This document shows positions 29,858 through 40,181 of a stretch of DNA of 64,000 nt, in pieces; positions within the stretch are counted from its first letter, which is position 1, and every line of letters starts with the position of its first letter. The stretch is from an uncultured Fidelibacterota bacterium (GTDB lineage Bacteria > Fidelibacterota > Marinisomatia > Marinisomatales > TCS55), in contig CATMGX010000001.1 in NCBI GenBank assembly GCA_950067765.1, positions 9,519 to 73,518 of the forward strand, in the 5' to 3' direction. Below the pieces are notes generated by a model. The model saw only the letters and a program-made list of their open reading frames with translations, had not been told where the DNA came from and made no database searches. A program made the translations under genes and the position numbers.

Positions 29858-31044
29858 GGTTCTCACAATCTATTGCCCGGCGCTTTATGCTTGGTGGAAA
29901 AGGGGCTGGCCCCAGTCGTCTGACGGGGTGGATCGCTATTATCGGCTTGGCCGTGGGTTGTATGGCCATGATTCTTTCTGTATCGATTCTCAATGGGTTT
30001 GAATCACGTGTCGTGAGTCGGATTATTGGTTTTGAAGGTGATATTCGTGTAAGTAGATTAACCGATTGGGATGGCAGCATCCAGGAAATTCAATCAATTG
30101 ATGGGGTAAAATCGGTCATGTCGTTTCAAGAAAGAAAAGGATTGATCCTCGGGCGAGAAGATTCCCAACGAATGGTTTTACTCAAGGCCGTAGATTCTGA
30201 AATGATATCCTCATTCTACGAATTAAATATGCTGAAAGGAGATGGGAGTTCAAATTTACCCCAAGTATTTTTAGGTGAAATGACTGCGCGTCGTCTCAAT
30301 CTTAATTTGGGGGATGGACTCAGGATTATGAGTCCTATAGACCATGGATCCAGTTGGGGAATCCCGCGGCAGATTCAATGTGTTGTGGGCGGAATCTTTA
30401 ATATTCAAGTGCTTGATTTAGATGATAAAATTGCATTTATACCAACAAATGTTGGCCAAAAATTGTTTATTCGAAAAGAGGGTCCTGATGGTGTGGATAT
30501 TCGTCTAACTGAAAATGCCGACATTGATAGGGTAAAGGCAACCATCCAAAAAAGATTTACGAATGCCCATGTTGATACTTGGGGAGATCTCCACAGTGAA
30601 TTATTCGGCGCTATGAAATTTGAGCGAATAGGGTCCTTGGCGGTGCTGAGTTTGATTATTTTGGTCGCCTGTTTTAACCTTGTAACCACATTGGTATTAG
30701 TTACGGCACAAAAAGTAAGAGAATATGGAATTCTTCAAGTCATGGGATCCACTCGAGGATTGATAAAGTCTATCGTTATGTATCAAGGTGGTATGATTGG
30801 TGGTGTAGGGATCGCTGCGGGCTTAGGGTTTGGACTATCACTCATTCTAATTCAAAATATTTTTGGTATTATTACACTTCCCGAGGATATCTATTTTACA
30901 CCGCATTTGCCTATGGTTATTTTTATTAATGATGTCATAACTATCTTGTCTATTTCCCTGGGAATGGTCATTTTATCTTCCTTCATTGCAGCGAAACGGG
31001 CTCTGATGATTTCACCCTTAGAAGCCATATATTTAGAGAAATGA
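29854..31044 (+). CDS. Second LolC/LolE (FtsX) family permease
   Basis: Same architecture as the preceding gene. I prefer ATG 29854 (ATGA overlap with the upstream stop, MRFSQSIARRF...) to the ORF-track start at 29800, which overlaps 58 nt. Confidence 0.8.
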   Translation: MRFSQSIARRFMLGGKGAGPSRLTGWIAIIGLAVGCMAMILSVSILNGFESRVVSRIIGFEGDIRVSRLTDWDGSIQEIQSIDGVKSVMSFQERKGLILGREDSQRMVLLKAVDSEMISSFYELNMLKGDGSSNLPQVFLGEMTARRLNLNLGDGLRIMSPIDHGSSWGIPRQIQCVVGGIFNIQVLDLDDKIAFIPTNVGQKLFIRKEGPDGVDIRLTENADIDRVKATIQKRFTNAHVDTWGDLHSELFGAMKFERIGSLAVLSLIILVACFNLVTTLVLVTAQKVREYGILQVMGSTRGLIKSIVMYQGGMIGGVGIAAGLGFGLSLILIQNIFGIITLPEDIYFTPHLPMVIFINDVITILSISLGMVILSSFIAAKRALMISPLEAIYLEK

Positions 31045-31715
31045 TTTTAGAAGCAAAAAATTTATCAAAATCCTATCGAAACGGATCCAAAAAACTATCC
31101 GTATTTAAAGATATATTCATGGATATTGAACCAGGTGATCTCGTGACCATTATGGGACCCAGTGGTGCAGGTAAATCCACCTTACTCAATATATTGGGTA
31201 CATTGGATAAACCGGATACAGGAACACTTAAGTTAGATGGTAAATCTGTAGAATCTTTGTCAAATAATGCATTAGCACAACTACGTAATACGGTTCTTGG
31301 CTTTGTTTTTCAGTTTCACCATTTACTACCGGAATTTACTGCATATGAGAATGTACTCATTCCAAATCAAATCTCAGGAAATGAGGGAGATCATTCTAAA
31401 GCGAATGAATTATTAGATTATATTGGCCTCATTGATCGGAAGGATCATTTTCCATCCCAATTGTCCGGAGGGGAACGCCTGCGTGTGGCGGTGGTACGGT
31501 CCCTAATGAATGAGCCAAAACTGGTGTTGGCCGATGAACCCACAGGAAACCTAGATTTGGGGAATGCCAATCGCCTGATAGATTTGTTCAAAAAAATCAA
31601 TACTGATTTTAATCAGGCATTTGTCATTACCACCCATAATCCGGAGGTGGCATCCATTGGAAAAAAGAAATATTATCTGGGAAATGGTTCACTCTCTCCC
31701 ACAGATAAGTTTTGA
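31041..31715 (+). CDS. lolD: Lipoprotein-releasing ABC transporter ATP-binding protein LolD-like
   Basis: Walker A GPSGAGKST, signature LSGGERLRV and Walker B VLADEPTGNLD. Overlaps the upstream permease gene by 4 nt. Confidence 0.85.
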   Translation: MILEAKNLSKSYRNGSKKLSVFKDIFMDIEPGDLVTIMGPSGAGKSTLLNILGTLDKPDTGTLKLDGKSVESLSNNALAQLRNTVLGFVFQFHHLLPEFTAYENVLIPNQISGNEGDHSKANELLDYIGLIDRKDHFPSQLSGGERLRVAVVRSLMNEPKLVLADEPTGNLDLGNANRLIDLFKKINTDFNQAFVITTHNPEVASIGKKKYYLGNGSLSPTDKF

Positions 31716-31748
31716 TACTGAATAAAGCCTGTTTAATTTCAAGGTAGC

Positions 31749-34259
31749 ATGAAAGAAAATTTTTCCAAACGCGTGCAGAACATAATGAAATATGCCAAGG
31801 AGGAAGCCATTCGCCTTGGACATAGTTATGTGGGTTCTGAGCATTTATTATTGGGTCTTTTGCGTGAAGATTCTGGACTTGGCTCTAAAATTTTTGATAT
31901 TTATGACTGTGACATTGAAGATATCCGTGCCATGGTGGAGGATATGATAAAAACATCTGGCGGTACCATGACATTGGGACATTTACCTTTGACTCGCCGT
32001 GCGGAGCGCATCCTTCGGAATGCCTTTAATGAAGCATCTGCAATAGGAGTCACCATTGCTGATGACGAGCATCTTCTTTTAGCCATGCTTAAGGAAACAG
32101 AAGGAATCGCTTACGAAGTACTCAACGCTCATAACTTAAATTATGACAGTGTTGTGGATTTGATTCAGGATGATAGTCGGGCAGGAAAGCCTGTGCAGTC
32201 AAAGCGTAAACGGAAAGAAAAATCACCTAAATCAAAAACACCTGCACTGGATCATTTTTCTCGGGATATTACCAAAATGGCCCAACAAGGAAAGCTTGAT
32301 CCGGTTATTGGTCGACAGAATGAAATTGAACGGGTGGCCCAAATATTGTCACGTCGAAAAAAGAATAACCCCGTCCTGATTGGTGAACCTGGTGTGGGTA
32401 AAACAGCTATTATTGAGGGACTTGCACAAAAAATTATCACAAAAGATGTCCCACGTCTTTTGCACAATAAACGAATTTTATCTCTTGATTTAGCCGGACT
32501 TGTTGCTGGAACAAAATACCGCGGTCAATTTGAAGAGCGAATGAAAACAATCATGGTGGAGTTAGAAAAAGCCGATAACCTTATTCTGTTTATTGATGAA
32601 CTTCATACCCTAGTTGGCGCGGGTGGTGCATCCGGGTCTTTGGATGCTTCTAATATGTTTAAACCGGCACTGGCTCGTGGAGATATTCATTGTATTGGGG
32701 CCACAACGCTAGATGAATATCGGAAATATGTAGAAAAAGACGGCGCTCTGGATCGTCGATTCCAAAAAGTGAACGTAGCACCGCCGTCAACAGCGGAGTC
32801 TATTGCTATCCTGAAAGGACTTCAATCCAGTTATGAAAAACATCATAATGTTATTTACGATGATGAGGCGATTGAAGCCTGTGTTCAATTATCCGATCGT
32901 TACATAACCGATAAATATTTACCGGATAAAGCCATTGATATCCTGGATGAAGCGGGCTCTCGTTCTCATATGCTGAATATGAAAGTACCTCAAGAAGTGA
33001 TAGACCTTGAACTTGAAATTGAAAAGGTACGGTCGAAAAAAGATTCGGTTGTGATGGCACAAAAATTTGAAGATGCAGCCAATCTTCGAGATACGGAACA
33101 AAAACTGGTTTATAAACTGAAGAATCTCCAGAATGATTGGCAAATAAATGAGGCATCTAACCCCATTAGGGTTACAGAAGACAATATTGCAGATGTGGTA
33201 TCGATGGTGACGCGAATACCGGTACGAAAAGTCGCCCAGTCTGAAGGTCTTAAACTACTAAAGATGAATGATGAAATATCCGAAGGGATTGTTGGACAAG
33301 ATCGGGCTATTAATAGTATCAGTCGCGCAATACAACGATCTCGCGCAGGTCTAAAAAGTCCGAATCGACCAATTGGCGTATTCCTGTTTTTGGGTCCCAC
33401 TGGCGTTGGAAAAACTGAAACAGCTAAGGTATTAGCTCATTATTTATTTAGTCACGGAGAAGCACTCATTAAACTAGATATGAGTGAATATGGTGAACGG
33501 TTTTCTGTATCAAGACTTATTGGTGCGCCACCGGGATATGTTGGATATGAAGAAGGAGGTGAACTCACGGAAAAAGTCCGACGGAATCCATATTCAGTTA
33601 TTTTATTTGATGAAATTGAAAAAGCACATCCGGATGTGTTTAATGTACTATTGCAATTATTTGATGAAGGGGTGTTGACCGACGGATTAGGGCGAAAAGT
33701 AGATTTCCGGAATACCATAATAATTCTGACTTCCAATATTGGAACCAAAGAAATTCAGGGGAGCGGATCATTTGGCTTTTCGGAAGATAGTGAAGAAGCG
33801 AACTATGAAGATATGCGGGATCGCATTTTAGATCAAGTGAGGGGCACATTTAATCCAGAATTTTTAAATCGGCTGGATGAAACAATAGTTTACCATCCAT
33901 TATCAAAAGAAAACGTTTTAAAAATTATTGATCTACAATTGTTGGATCTTCACGAAAATTTGGATAAAATTGGATTTACTTTATCTGTAACTAAAAAAGC
34001 AAAATCACTTATTGTTGAAAAAGGATTTAGCGCAGAATATGGTGTTAGATTTTTACGCAGAGAAATTCAAAATTCGTTAGAAAACCCCTTGTCAGAATTA
34101 TTATTAGGGAAAGCATTTAGCGGATCAGAAGGAATTAAAGTAAATGTACATCGTAAATCGTTTGAATTTTTACCAGTTCGCGCAAAATCTAAGATAAAAA
34201 TATCTCCAAAGAAGAAGCCTAAAAAAGGTAAAAAACCGACAAAATCTCTTAAATCTTAA
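31749..34259 (+). CDS. clpC: Class III stress-type AAA+ chaperone, ClpC-like Clp ATPase
   Basis: Two Clp_N repeats, NBD1 GEPGVGKT, a short middle region (FEDAANLRD, UVR-like) rather than the long ClpB M-domain, and NBD2 GPTGVGKT. 836 aa. Lys-rich C-terminal tail. Confidence 0.85.
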   Translation: MKENFSKRVQNIMKYAKEEAIRLGHSYVGSEHLLLGLLREDSGLGSKIFDIYDCDIEDIRAMVEDMIKTSGGTMTLGHLPLTRRAERILRNAFNEASAIGVTIADDEHLLLAMLKETEGIAYEVLNAHNLNYDSVVDLIQDDSRAGKPVQSKRKRKEKSPKSKTPALDHFSRDITKMAQQGKLDPVIGRQNEIERVAQILSRRKKNNPVLIGEPGVGKTAIIEGLAQKIITKDVPRLLHNKRILSLDLAGLVAGTKYRGQFEERMKTIMVELEKADNLILFIDELHTLVGAGGASGSLDASNMFKPALARGDIHCIGATTLDEYRKYVEKDGALDRRFQKVNVAPPSTAESIAILKGLQSSYEKHHNVIYDDEAIEACVQLSDRYITDKYLPDKAIDILDEAGSRSHMLNMKVPQEVIDLELEIEKVRSKKDSVVMAQKFEDAANLRDTEQKLVYKLKNLQNDWQINEASNPIRVTEDNIADVVSMVTRIPVRKVAQSEGLKLLKMNDEISEGIVGQDRAINSISRAIQRSRAGLKSPNRPIGVFLFLGPTGVGKTETAKVLAHYLFSHGEALIKLDMSEYGERFSVSRLIGAPPGYVGYEEGGELTEKVRRNPYSVILFDEIEKAHPDVFNVLLQLFDEGVLTDGLGRKVDFRNTIIILTSNIGTKEIQGSGSFGFSEDSEEANYEDMRDRILDQVRGTFNPEFLNRLDETIVYHPLSKENVLKIIDLQLLDLHENLDKIGFTLSVTKKAKSLIVEKGFSAEYGVRFLRREIQNSLENPLSELLLGKAFSGSEGIKVNVHRKSFEFLPVRAKSKIKISPKKKPKKGKKPTKSLKS

Positions 34260-34334
34260 CATATTTCTGTCATATATAGAGACTAATCATAATAAGTCTG
34301 CCAAATTGCTTCACTATTAATTATGGCATAATTA

Positions 34335-34362
34335 TTGACTTTTGAGGGTTAGTATTTAATAT
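34335..34362 (+). promoter_or_regulatory. Candidate sigma-70-type promoter of dnaK
   Basis: TTGACT (34335-34340), a 16-nt spacer and TAATAT (34357-34362). AAGGAG RBS at 34373-34378. Pattern match only. Confidence 0.35.
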
Positions 34363-34385
34363 TCACCCACTTAAGGAGTATAAAA

Positions 34386-36296
34386 ATGGGAAAAATTATC
34401 GGAATCGACCTTGGAACAACTAATTCATGTGTGGCTGTTCTAGAAGGTGGAGAACCTACTGTAATTACTAGTTCAGAAGGCGGGAGAACAACCCCTTCAA
34501 TTGTTGCATTTACAAAAGATGGCGATCGGCTTGTAGGCCAGCCTGCAAAACGCCAGGCGGTGACTAATCCAGAAAACACTGTTTTTTCAATCAAACGATT
34601 TATGGGTCGAATGTATGATGAAGTGGGTACAGAAATTGAAGAAGTACCCTATAAAGTCAGTAAAGGAAAATCTGGATCCGTAGTTGTGACTGCTAACGAT
34701 AAAGAATATACACCACCAGAAATTAGTGCAATGGTTCTACAGAAATTAAAGCAAACGGCAGAGGAACATTTAGGAACAACTGTAACGGACGCTGTAATCA
34801 CTGTCCCAGCTTATTTTAACGATTCACAGCGTCAAGCAACCAAGGATGCGGGTAAAATTGCTGGGTTAAATGTACGTCGAATTATAAATGAACCGACGGC
34901 TGCTTCCCTAGCTTATGGTTTAGAGAAGAAAAAAGAAGAAACCATCGCGGTATTTGATTTAGGTGGCGGAACTTTCGATATTTCCATTCTTGAATTAGGC
35001 GATGGCGTTTTTGAAGTGAAATCAACCAATGGTGATACGCATTTGGGTGGAGATGACTTCGATCAAAAAGTAATTAATTGGATTGCAGCAGAATTCAAAA
35101 AAAGCGACGGTATTGATTTGAAAAAAGACCCTATGGCTTTACAGCGCCTTCGTGAATCTGCTGAAACGGCCAAAAGAGAACTTTCCAGTTCAAAGAAAAC
35201 GGAAATAAATTTACCTTTTATAACCGCTGATTCATCAGGTCCAAAACATTTGAACTTAACCCTCACTCGGGCCAAGTTTGAAGAATTGGTGGCAGATCTT
35301 GTTGAAAGAACGATCAACCCTTGTAAACAAGCAATTAAAGATGCTGGTCTGAAGGCTTCAGATATTCATGAAGTGATCCTCGTAGGTGGTTCAAGTCGAA
35401 TTCCTAAAATCCAAGAAAAAGTGAAAGAAATATTTGGAAAAGAGCCCAATAAAAGTGTGAATCCTGATGAAGTGGTTGCCCTGGGTGCAGCGATTCAGGG
35501 TGGCGTCCTTGCGGGTGATGTGGATGATATCCTTCTTCTGGATGTGACGCCACTATCTCTGGGAATTGAAACCTTAGGAAGCGTATCCACCAAACTCATT
35601 GAACGGAATACGACGATTCCTACTAAAAAATCACAAGTGTTTTCTACGGCGGCTGACAATCAGACTACAGTAGAAATTCATGTGCTTCAAGGTGAACGTG
35701 AAATTGCGGTGGATAACAAAACGATCGGTCGATTCCATCTTGATGGAATTCCACCGGCACCCCGCGGTATTCCTCAAGTTGAGGTTTCATTTGACATAGA
35801 CGCAAATGGCATTTTAAATGTGAGTGCTAAAGATAAAGCAACCGGAAAAGAACAAAGTATTCGCATAGAAGCGTCTAGTGGATTATCCGAAGCAGAAGTA
35901 GATAAAATGATTAATGATGCTAAAAAGCACGAAGGAGAAGATAAATCCAAGCGTGAATTGATTGATTTACAAAATCAGGCAGAACAATTAATTTATCAAA
36001 CTGAAAAGAATCTGGAAGAGTATAAAGATAAATTAGATGAAGGTGAAAAGAAATCTCTGGAAGATGCTATGGCATCCGTTAAAACATTGAAAGATGGATC
36101 CAGTACAGATGACTTAAAAACAGCGATAGATGCACTAAATACAGCATGGAACGGGGTTGCTTCAAAAATGTATGAAGCAGCAAAGGAAGAGACTCAAACG
36201 CAAGATCCTGGAAGTGGAGAAGAGGCTAAAAAGTCAAAATCAAAGAAAAAAGACAATGCTGAGATTGAAGATGCAGATTTTGAAGTTGTAGATTAA
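34386..36296 (+). CDS. dnaK: Molecular chaperone DnaK (Hsp70)
   Basis: [29 protein letters not shown] and a C-terminal EVVD-like end. Confidence 0.97.
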   Translation: MGKIIGIDLGTTNSCVAVLEGGEPTVITSSEGGRTTPSIVAFTKDGDRLVGQPAKRQAVTNPENTVFSIKRFMGRMYDEVGTEIEEVPYKVSKGKSGSVVVTANDKEYTPPEISAMVLQKLKQTAEEHLGTTVTDAVITVPAYFNDSQRQATKDAGKIAGLNVRRIINEPTAASLAYGLEKKKEETIAVFDLGGGTFDISILELGDGVFEVKSTNGDTHLGGDDFDQKVINWIAAEFKKSDGIDLKKDPMALQRLRESAETAKRELSSSKKTEINLPFITADSSGPKHLNLTLTRAKFEELVADLVERTINPCKQAIKDAGLKASDIHEVILVGGSSRIPKIQEKVKEIFGKEPNKSVNPDEVVALGAAIQGGVLAGDVDDILLLDVTPLSLGIETLGSVSTKLIERNTTIPTKKSQVFSTAADNQTTVEIHVLQGEREIAVDNKTIGRFHLDGIPPAPRGIPQVEVSFDIDANGILNVSAKDKATGKEQSIRIEASSGLSEAEVDKMINDAKKHEGEDKSKRELIDLQNQAEQLIYQTEKNLEEYKDKLDEGEKKSLEDAMASVKTLKDGSSTDDLKTAIDALNTAWNGVASKMYEAAKEETQTQDPGSGEEAKKSKSKKKDNAEIEDADFEVVD

Positions 36297-36321
36297 ATCA
36301 CCTGAAAGCTCAATAAAAAAA

Positions 36322-36347
36322 AGCGTCTCATTCGAGACGCTTTTTTG
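36322..36347 (+). terminator. Rho-independent terminator after dnaK
   Basis: AGCGTCTC-ATTC-GAGACGCT is a perfect 8-bp stem. It is followed by TTTTT and preceded by an A-run. Confidence 0.8.
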
Positions 36348-36404
36348 TTTATGGAACAGAAGACACGTAATTTCGTATCTGTGCCAAAGCGATTCATACA
36401 CTAA

Positions 36405-39400
36405 ATGACCAAACGACGAACCATTTATTTCATTCTTGCCCTTGTAATTGGGGTTACAGGGTATTTGCTTTTTAAGCCAAGCATGTGGCAAGATCGCATG
36501 GAAACCTATCTTAATCACCAATTGAACGAAATCGGATGGCATGTAGAAATAAATGAATTTTCCGGACACTTGTTTTCCACGCTTCATTCTGATAATATTT
36601 CTATAAAACATAATAATGGTGCATCTATATTTCTCCCCAGTATTTTGACAAAAATAAAAATAGTTCCTTTGTTATTTGGTCGAATTGAAATTGAAGAATT
36701 ATCCGTATCCAATGTTGCCATCCAACCCTATTTTGAATCAGAAAACGATACCATTTCTATAAATTCAATTGGATTTTCTCCAGAAAAAATCCCCTTAAGT
36801 ATTCAAAATTTGAATGTGGATGGACATATATATTTACCCATAAATGATTCTACGCGATCTATCCATTTCCTAATTGATGGACAGGTGAGTGAAGGTCAGG
36901 AGGTTATGGAAATTGATTTGAGAGAATTTGAAGTCTTTTGTGCAGAACCAAAAATCGAGGTAACCATGAAAAATATTAGGGGAAAATTGTCTTCTCATGG
37001 TGTGGAAATTGAGGTCAAAAATGCGATTATTAATGGTTTTCATATCAGCGGAAAATTTGCATTTGATAGAGGTGAAGTGTCCGCAATTCACGCGCAATTG
37101 AAATTATCAGAATATGAGGTACCGAGTCATATATTCTCAAAATTACCATTACAACCTAACCTATCCAAAATGTCCGCTACCTTTAATTTTGAATCGGATT
37201 TCACTCATTTTAAGGGGGATTTATTTGTTCTTAATGATCTTGGACTTGATATGGGTGGACGATTTAATTTGACAAAATATCCTGATTATTTCCATTTAGA
37301 ATCCTTAGAATTAACCGGCAATGACGGGATGCTCAATATTCAGGGATTACTTGAAAATAGAGGTCGGTTTAATGGGACCATTGAGCTTGATGCATTGGAT
37401 ATGAGTCAATGGATGGTTAATCAGCCAAAAACAAATCTATCCGGATATGTTTTGGCTGACGGTGAAATATTTGAATCGCAAATTACTGCGTTGGATATAA
37501 ATGCTGAAATCAATGAGTCCTTGCTTTTTGATCGTGAAGCTTCTTCATTCTCAGGGGGCCTTTCTTATAAAGATTATGAATTAACCATTACCAATCCCCT
37601 CACCATGACCATTGGACCATCTATTGTTTATGTGAATGGAACAGCAAATTTTGAATTAAAAATTATGGATCTTAATTTAACGCTTACGGACGCATCCACC
37701 TTTTTAATCAATAATTTTTGGACAGATTCTTTATCAAGTGGTTTAGCTACAGGATCCATGGCATTGATGGGTTCTTTTGATTCGTTGGGGATGGTTGCCG
37801 ACCTTTTAATTACAGATTTTAAGTACAAAAATATTTCCCTCTCTTCCTTTGAGTTTTCAGGAAACTTAGATAATCTAAACCAGTTTCGAGATGGTTCGAT
37901 CAAACTCAAATTTGGTAAAGGTATCTGGAATGATTATGGGTTCGAAGATGGAACAGGGGAGTTTCAAATTGTTCAAGATTTAATTGAAATCTCTAGTTTT
38001 GAACTAAAAAATGGTCAGGATTTCTTTCAGTTCAATGGTTCTATTCGCAATGACAGTATTTTATTTTTAGATCGGTTTCAGGTTGCTTTTGAGGGGCATT
38101 TCATGGGAAATCCCAGACCATTAACAATTACACTATTAGAAGATCGTTTTTCATTTGATCCTTTTGTAATTCATGTGGATGATGGAATTATTGAGGGATT
38201 CGCTAAAACCAACCCATTACAGGGACGGTTAAAATTTTCAAATGTACCAGCAGAAATAATTAAATTAGCTCATTGGGATTTTGGATATGATTTTTCAGGA
38301 ACTGTTTTTGGCGAAGTATCGCTAGGCCAGGATTTAAACCCTGATGATTTCAGTTTGGATATCACCTTAAAAAATGGAGAATTAGCGAATCAACCCTTTG
38401 ATGAATTCTATATTTCATCCCTGTATAAAGAAGGCATTCTGCATTTGGAAGAATTAACTTTGACGGACGGAAATAAAACAGGGTTTCAGATCATGGGAAC
38501 TTTTCCCATTCTCGTAGATTCCACACAGCCGACCCAGATCGATTTTCAATCCAGTTTTAAAAATATTGATATGACAATTCTTACCCAATTTGCACCAAAG
38601 TGGGAGCATCTGTTATTTGGTCATTTTACTGGAAATTTTAATATGGGTGGTACAACCCAGGAAACACGATTTGATTTGGATGGAAAAATAGAGGATGCTT
38701 TTTTTGGAAAAATCCCTCTGGGAACGGTAAGTGGTATTGGGCATTATTCAAATAAAATACTGGAATTCAGTCAATTCAGTTCGTCATGGGATAGAAACCA
38801 TATTACAGGCTCCGCCAGTTTACCCATTGATTACGATATAACATCTCCAAATGTAAGGGACTGGAATCCGGGTGGTGAGTTAAATGTTACGGCTAAAGGG
38901 GACTTTCACTCTGCTGTCTTTTTATCCGAATATTTAGCTGAAACGGATTCAATTATTGGTGATATAAATATGATCCTTGATATAAAAGGTCCCCCAGAAA
39001 AATTGGTACGCAACGGGGCGATCACTATTGAAAATGGTTCGATTTATACGCTCCTTATGGATGAACCTGTTCGACGCATTTCTACACACGGTCGTCTTGT
39101 TGATAATCAATTATCTATTCAATCTTTTACTGGTGCACTTTTTGATACCCAAACCAAAATAGATTCAACTCAAAATCTCACAATTACGGGCGAAATAGAT
39201 TTTACCAAATTCTTCGAACCGAGATATAATTTACATGCTGAGGGTGACGATATTTTCTTTCGGTCATTGAATGGAGATATAGAAGGGTATGGCGATTTAG
39301 ATGTAACTGTTATTGGGAAAGATACTTTAGAAATCAATGGAACAGTTGCAGCCAAAAATGGTGCCATATATATAGAGTTTACCGGCAACGAACCAGTTGA

Positions 39401-40169
39401 ATTTGCTGAAAAAAAAGGGCGGATAACGACTAATTATAATATTCGATTCCCGGTTGAGGATACTTTCTACATTCGAAATTCACAGATTGATGCAAAAATA
39501 TCTGGAGAACTGGCCATGTCAAAACAGTTTGACGGCGAATGGAATTATTCAGGAGAAATAGAATTTATAGAGGGAGAAATTTATTACTATGTGGGTGATG
39601 TGTTTGAAAATCTTACGGGTGTTATGACGCTTGACGGCCAAGGATTTAATCCTTTTTTGGAATTGACGGCTTCTACTAAAATTGGAGACGCAGAAATAAT
39701 GTTGGGTGTATTTGGACCTTTTGATAATCCCGAATGGAGATTTGACAGCAATAAAGGATATACAGAAAGCGATATACTTCAATTACTGACGTTTAATACC
39801 CGTGTGGCCCAAGAAGGGTTTACATCCGAAGGATTAGGTACCCAAGCTCAAACTATTCTTGGCGCATACTTAGAAAGGCAATTAGAGAGAAATTTTATTC
39901 GAGCGACGGGGTTGAAATCTGCAGGACTCATAGAAGGAGTGGAAATTTCCGGGGATTTGTTAAATCCGGACGCGGGAGAAGAGTTTAGTATTAGCGCCAG
40001 GGTAAATGAAAATTTCAGCTTTAGTTACCGACGGTCTTTTTCCCTCGAAGGAGCTTATAAAAAGAAGGTGGGTGTAGAATATAAATTAAATCCTAATTTC
40101 TCGGTCATTGGTAATGTGGATGAGATGGGTAATATCCACATGAAGTTCCGCGTTCGACGCATATACTAA
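36405..40169 (+). CDS. TamB-like translocation and assembly module protein (AsmA-like/DUF490 C-terminus)
   Basis: 1254 aa with a single N-terminal TM anchor and a long beta-rich, Asn/Gly/Phe-rich body. The C-terminal region (GVEYKLNPNFSVIGNVDEMGNIHMKFRVR) resembles DUF490. Followed by an Omp85 gene. Confidence 0.7.
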   Translation: MTKRRTIYFILALVIGVTGYLLFKPSMWQDRMETYLNHQLNEIGWHVEINEFSGHLFSTLHSDNISIKHNNGASIFLPSILTKIKIVPLLFGRIEIEELSVSNVAIQPYFESENDTISINSIGFSPEKIPLSIQNLNVDGHIYLPINDSTRSIHFLIDGQVSEGQEVMEIDLREFEVFCAEPKIEVTMKNIRGKLSSHGVEIEVKNAIINGFHISGKFAFDRGEVSAIHAQLKLSEYEVPSHIFSKLPLQPNLSKMSATFNFESDFTHFKGDLFVLNDLGLDMGGRFNLTKYPDYFHLESLELTGNDGMLNIQGLLENRGRFNGTIELDALDMSQWMVNQPKTNLSGYVLADGEIFESQITALDINAEINESLLFDREASSFSGGLSYKDYELTITNPLTMTIGPSIVYVNGTANFELKIMDLNLTLTDASTFLINNFWTDSLSSGLATGSMALMGSFDSLGMVADLLITDFKYKNISLSSFEFSGNLDNLNQFRDGSIKLKFGKGIWNDYGFEDGTGEFQIVQDLIEISSFELKNGQDFFQFNGSIRNDSILFLDRFQVAFEGHFMGNPRPLTITLLEDRFSFDPFVIHVDDGIIEGFAKTNPLQGRLKFSNVPAEIIKLAHWDFGYDFSGTVFGEVSLGQDLNPDDFSLDITLKNGELANQPFDEFYISSLYKEGILHLEELTLTDGNKTGFQIMGTFPILVDSTQPTQIDFQSSFKNIDMTILTQFAPKWEHLLFGHFTGNFNMGGTTQETRFDLDGKIEDAFFGKIPLGTVSGIGHYSNKILEFSQFSSSWDRNHITGSASLPIDYDITSPNVRDWNPGGELNVTAKGDFHSAVFLSEYLAETDSIIGDINMILDIKGPPEKLVRNGAITIENGSIYTLLMDEPVRRISTHGRLVDNQLSIQSFTGALFDTQTKIDSTQNLTITGEIDFTKFFEPRYNLHAEGDDIFFRSLNGDIEGYGDLDVTVIGKDTLEINGTVAAKNGAIYIEFTGNEPVEFAEKKGRITTNYNIRFPVEDTFYIRNSQIDAKISGELAMSKQFDGEWNYSGEIEFIEGEIYYYVGDVFENLTGVMTLDGQGFNPFLELTASTKIGDAEIMLGVFGPFDNPEWRFDSNKGYTESDILQLLTFNTRVAQEGFTSEGLGTQAQTILGAYLERQLERNFIRATGLKSAGLIEGVEISGDLLNPDAGEEFSISARVNENFSFSYRRSFSLEGAYKKKVGVEYKLNPNFSVIGNVDEMGNIHMKFRVRRIY

Positions 40170-40181
40170 TAGATCTATTAA

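Noticed and set aside
34260-34385. Heat-shock operator (CIRCE, TTAGCACTC-N9-GAGTGCTAA) upstream of dnaK
   Set aside because: I looked for the inverted repeat and did not find it. Only a generic sigma-70-like hexamer pair is visible.
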